NCBI RefSeq assembly: GCF_024521635.1 | Contig: NW_026250433.1 | Coordinates: 124,001-188,000, forward strand | Reading direction: 5' to 3' | Length of the DNA: 64,000 nucleotides | Origin: Tricharina praecox | Lineage: Eukaryota | In this document: positions 62,000 through 64,000 of the stretch, in pieces | How positions within the stretch are numbered: position 1 is the first letter of the stretch | Layout of the letters: each line of letters starts with the position of its first letter | Notes under the pieces: generated by a model | What the model saw: only the letters and a program-made list of their open reading frames with translations | Database searches by the model: none | Told to the model about the DNA's origin: nothing | Translations under genes and position numbers: made by a program

Positions 62000-62256
62000 C
62001 GCAGCTGAGCAGTGAGGACCGGAAACCCGCGGCAGGAGCAGGTAATACCGTACTCGTCAGCATCGGGTCATCTACTTATACCGTAGGCGTAGCTGATCAC
62101 CGGAACCTCGCGGCAACCGTAATATCGTACTCGTCAGCACCGTGCCACAACCTACACTGTAGATATACCGATAAACGCAGCCGAGTTGAGGCCGGAAACC
62201 TGCGGAAGGCGTAACTACATAGCAGGTACTCGTCCACATCGTGGCATACCGTACCG
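62000..62256. repeat. Three degenerate ~88-bp tandem units
   Basis: Blocks cgYagcYga, ccggaaMcYYgcgg, gtactcgtc and ataccg recur in order, with units starting near 62000, 62088 and 62176. Confidence 0.75.
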
Positions 62257-62347
62257 TACGCAACCGGATCACTAATACATAGTAAACCCGCACCGGGGGT
62301 AGATAAACAATAAAACCCAAAGTGGCGCAACCTTAGCCTCGATCTAA

Positions 62348-62388
62348 AGACCGAAGACCGAAGACCGAAGACCGAAGACCGAAGACCG
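62348..62388. repeat. (AGACCGA)n 7-mer microsatellite
   Basis: Five to six perfect units; the same unit occurs inverted at ~15978-15995. Confidence 0.9.
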
Positions 62389-64000
62389 GACCGCAAGACG
62401 AGATCCGTCACAAACAGAACAACGCGGACTGACTCAGTAGTTACCGTATGGGAGGCGTGCCGCAGGACCTGCTTCCGAGGCTACATAAGCCCGGCCCCAT
62501 AGTCACTCTTTGTCCCATCCTCAATGTAGATGGAGCATTCTCCGGGGGCGAGGCAGTGGCTTATGGGAGTGATCTGCTGGATCACAACACATCAGCTCGC
62601 CCGTAGGCTGTAGGCTGTTGATCCGAACCGGCCGTATGTACTACCAATAATGCAAAGCTGACCGCGGCGGGAATCCGATGTCGTACCTACATACCCGAGT
62701 GGCGATGAGCAAAGCTTTGAACTCGAAAAGACCAGTCACCAAGTCTTACCTACCGTGAGCGCGAGATGCTTAGGCCTTTTCTTTGGCTACTATTATAGAC
62801 TCGACTCCCTCCCCACTGGGCTTAGTTATGACCAACCCTATATTCGCGGTTTACAGAGTACTCCAGCTCGAGCTATGTACATAGCAATAGGCCTTTCTAC
62901 TAGGCACCTCTCTTTCCTTGGGACACCTACCCTTTTTTTCCCGCACGATGCTACCTTTTTGGAATCCAAAACCGAGTGATGGTCTATGAACATATTGCCG
63001 CAACCTCCCTTCATCATTCACGAATCATGACTGTCCGGACTCCGATATAACTAGCCACTATCTGCATCAAGGCCCATGTTTACTGTAGCTTCATTGGCCC
63101 TTCGGGGGCGGGGGGGCTAAGGTGCCTCGCTTATATAACAGGGAATGATATATATGAGGGGATTAACAGGTTATGTAACTGCGCTCTGAGGCTTGACAAC
63201 TGTTGCTTCAAACTGTTTTTTTCCGGTGAATGAGGGTATGATACATAGTAGGTAGTGATCTGTGCCCCGAGGGATGGATAAGATGGATTGGATGGTCTAT
63301 GTACGCTGCTACATCTCTCTCTGCGCGGTCGAGATGAATCAGTACCGGTAGGTATACGAACGAGTGCGGACTCGCTGTTTGCGATATTAACCAGCCAGCA
63401 ATGGTCCATGGATCAACAAGCCGGCGCCTATATACAATACTAGTTGGATGTACCTATGCCCTCGATAGGTGTCTCTCCATGTCACTCTCGTTCCTAGCTA
63501 CGGCACCCATGTAGCATAATAGGGAAATAGTAACGCGGCCATGACCCGGCGGACTTATCTCTTGAGCCATGGAGCCCTGCCATGCCCATCGCAGTATGTA
63601 GATAGGTGGGGGAAACACAGTAAGATTTTGAGCGGGAGGCCGTAGGCCCGTTACCCGTAGTAATCCTCCCGCCCCCTACGTACGAGAATACCTACTACAT
63701 ACCCTACCCTACGCACTCAGTGCTCACAACCTGGTGTCCGCTCACGAGTGTAGGTAGTAAACCCCAGTAGCTACTACATACTACTAGGTAGTAACTGGTA
63801 GCCAGCCAACTACTAACCGGACTGTGCCAGCCGGGTCTGCAATATCTGTCTCTCTCTCTCTGTTTTTTCCCTGCTCTCCAAGCGCCCAGGGCCCAGGCTG
63901 GAGTGCAGGAAAGACTGTGACGAACGAAACAATGCATATATCACCTTGGGGGCGGCGGATTGATGGGCGTTTGCCACCGGCCAGCACCCCACCAGCCAGA

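Noticed and set aside
63131..63409. 92-aa minus-strand ORF
   Set aside because: No recognisable domain or splice support.

Overview
Eukaryotic, intron-rich genomic DNA from a filamentous ascomycete. A Pezizomycete-like origin is inferred from protein style and the short GT-AG introns with CTRAC/CTAAC branch points; this is not proven. About 15 protein-coding genes could be spliced by hand: COQ2, complex I 21.3-kDa (NUZM-type) subunit, a Zip3/RNF212-like RING protein, a DUF1761-like membrane protein, a bZIP-DUF3425 factor, an unknown coiled-coil protein, TFIIA large subunit (TOA1), GRX5, an unknown PHD-like protein, a DMM-1-like JmjC/zf-4CXXC protein, a SCYL1/CEX1 pseudokinase, a p24/ERP protein, Tctex-1, VTC1, an STF2-like protein, DRE2 and an AHC1-like protein. 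The most unusual signal is a ~290-bp structured non-coding module ('X') present twice, each time joined to the 3' part of the same non-LTR retrotransposon (LINE) family. At 58362-60113 it is fused in sense to a 5'-truncated LINE and supplies an in-frame ATG to an uninterrupted RNase H + CCHC ORF. At 43903-44403 it is fused inverted to the bare LINE 3' tail, a twin-priming geometry. Other notable items are a bZIP gene whose last exon lies behind a 795-nt intron and encodes a long (L-D/E-x)n repeat tail, two Taspase1-type motifs in TOA1, a probable GC-AG intron, and several phased or degenerate repeat arrays. No tRNA, full rRNA or CRISPR array was found. Family assignments come from recalled motifs, not database searches.
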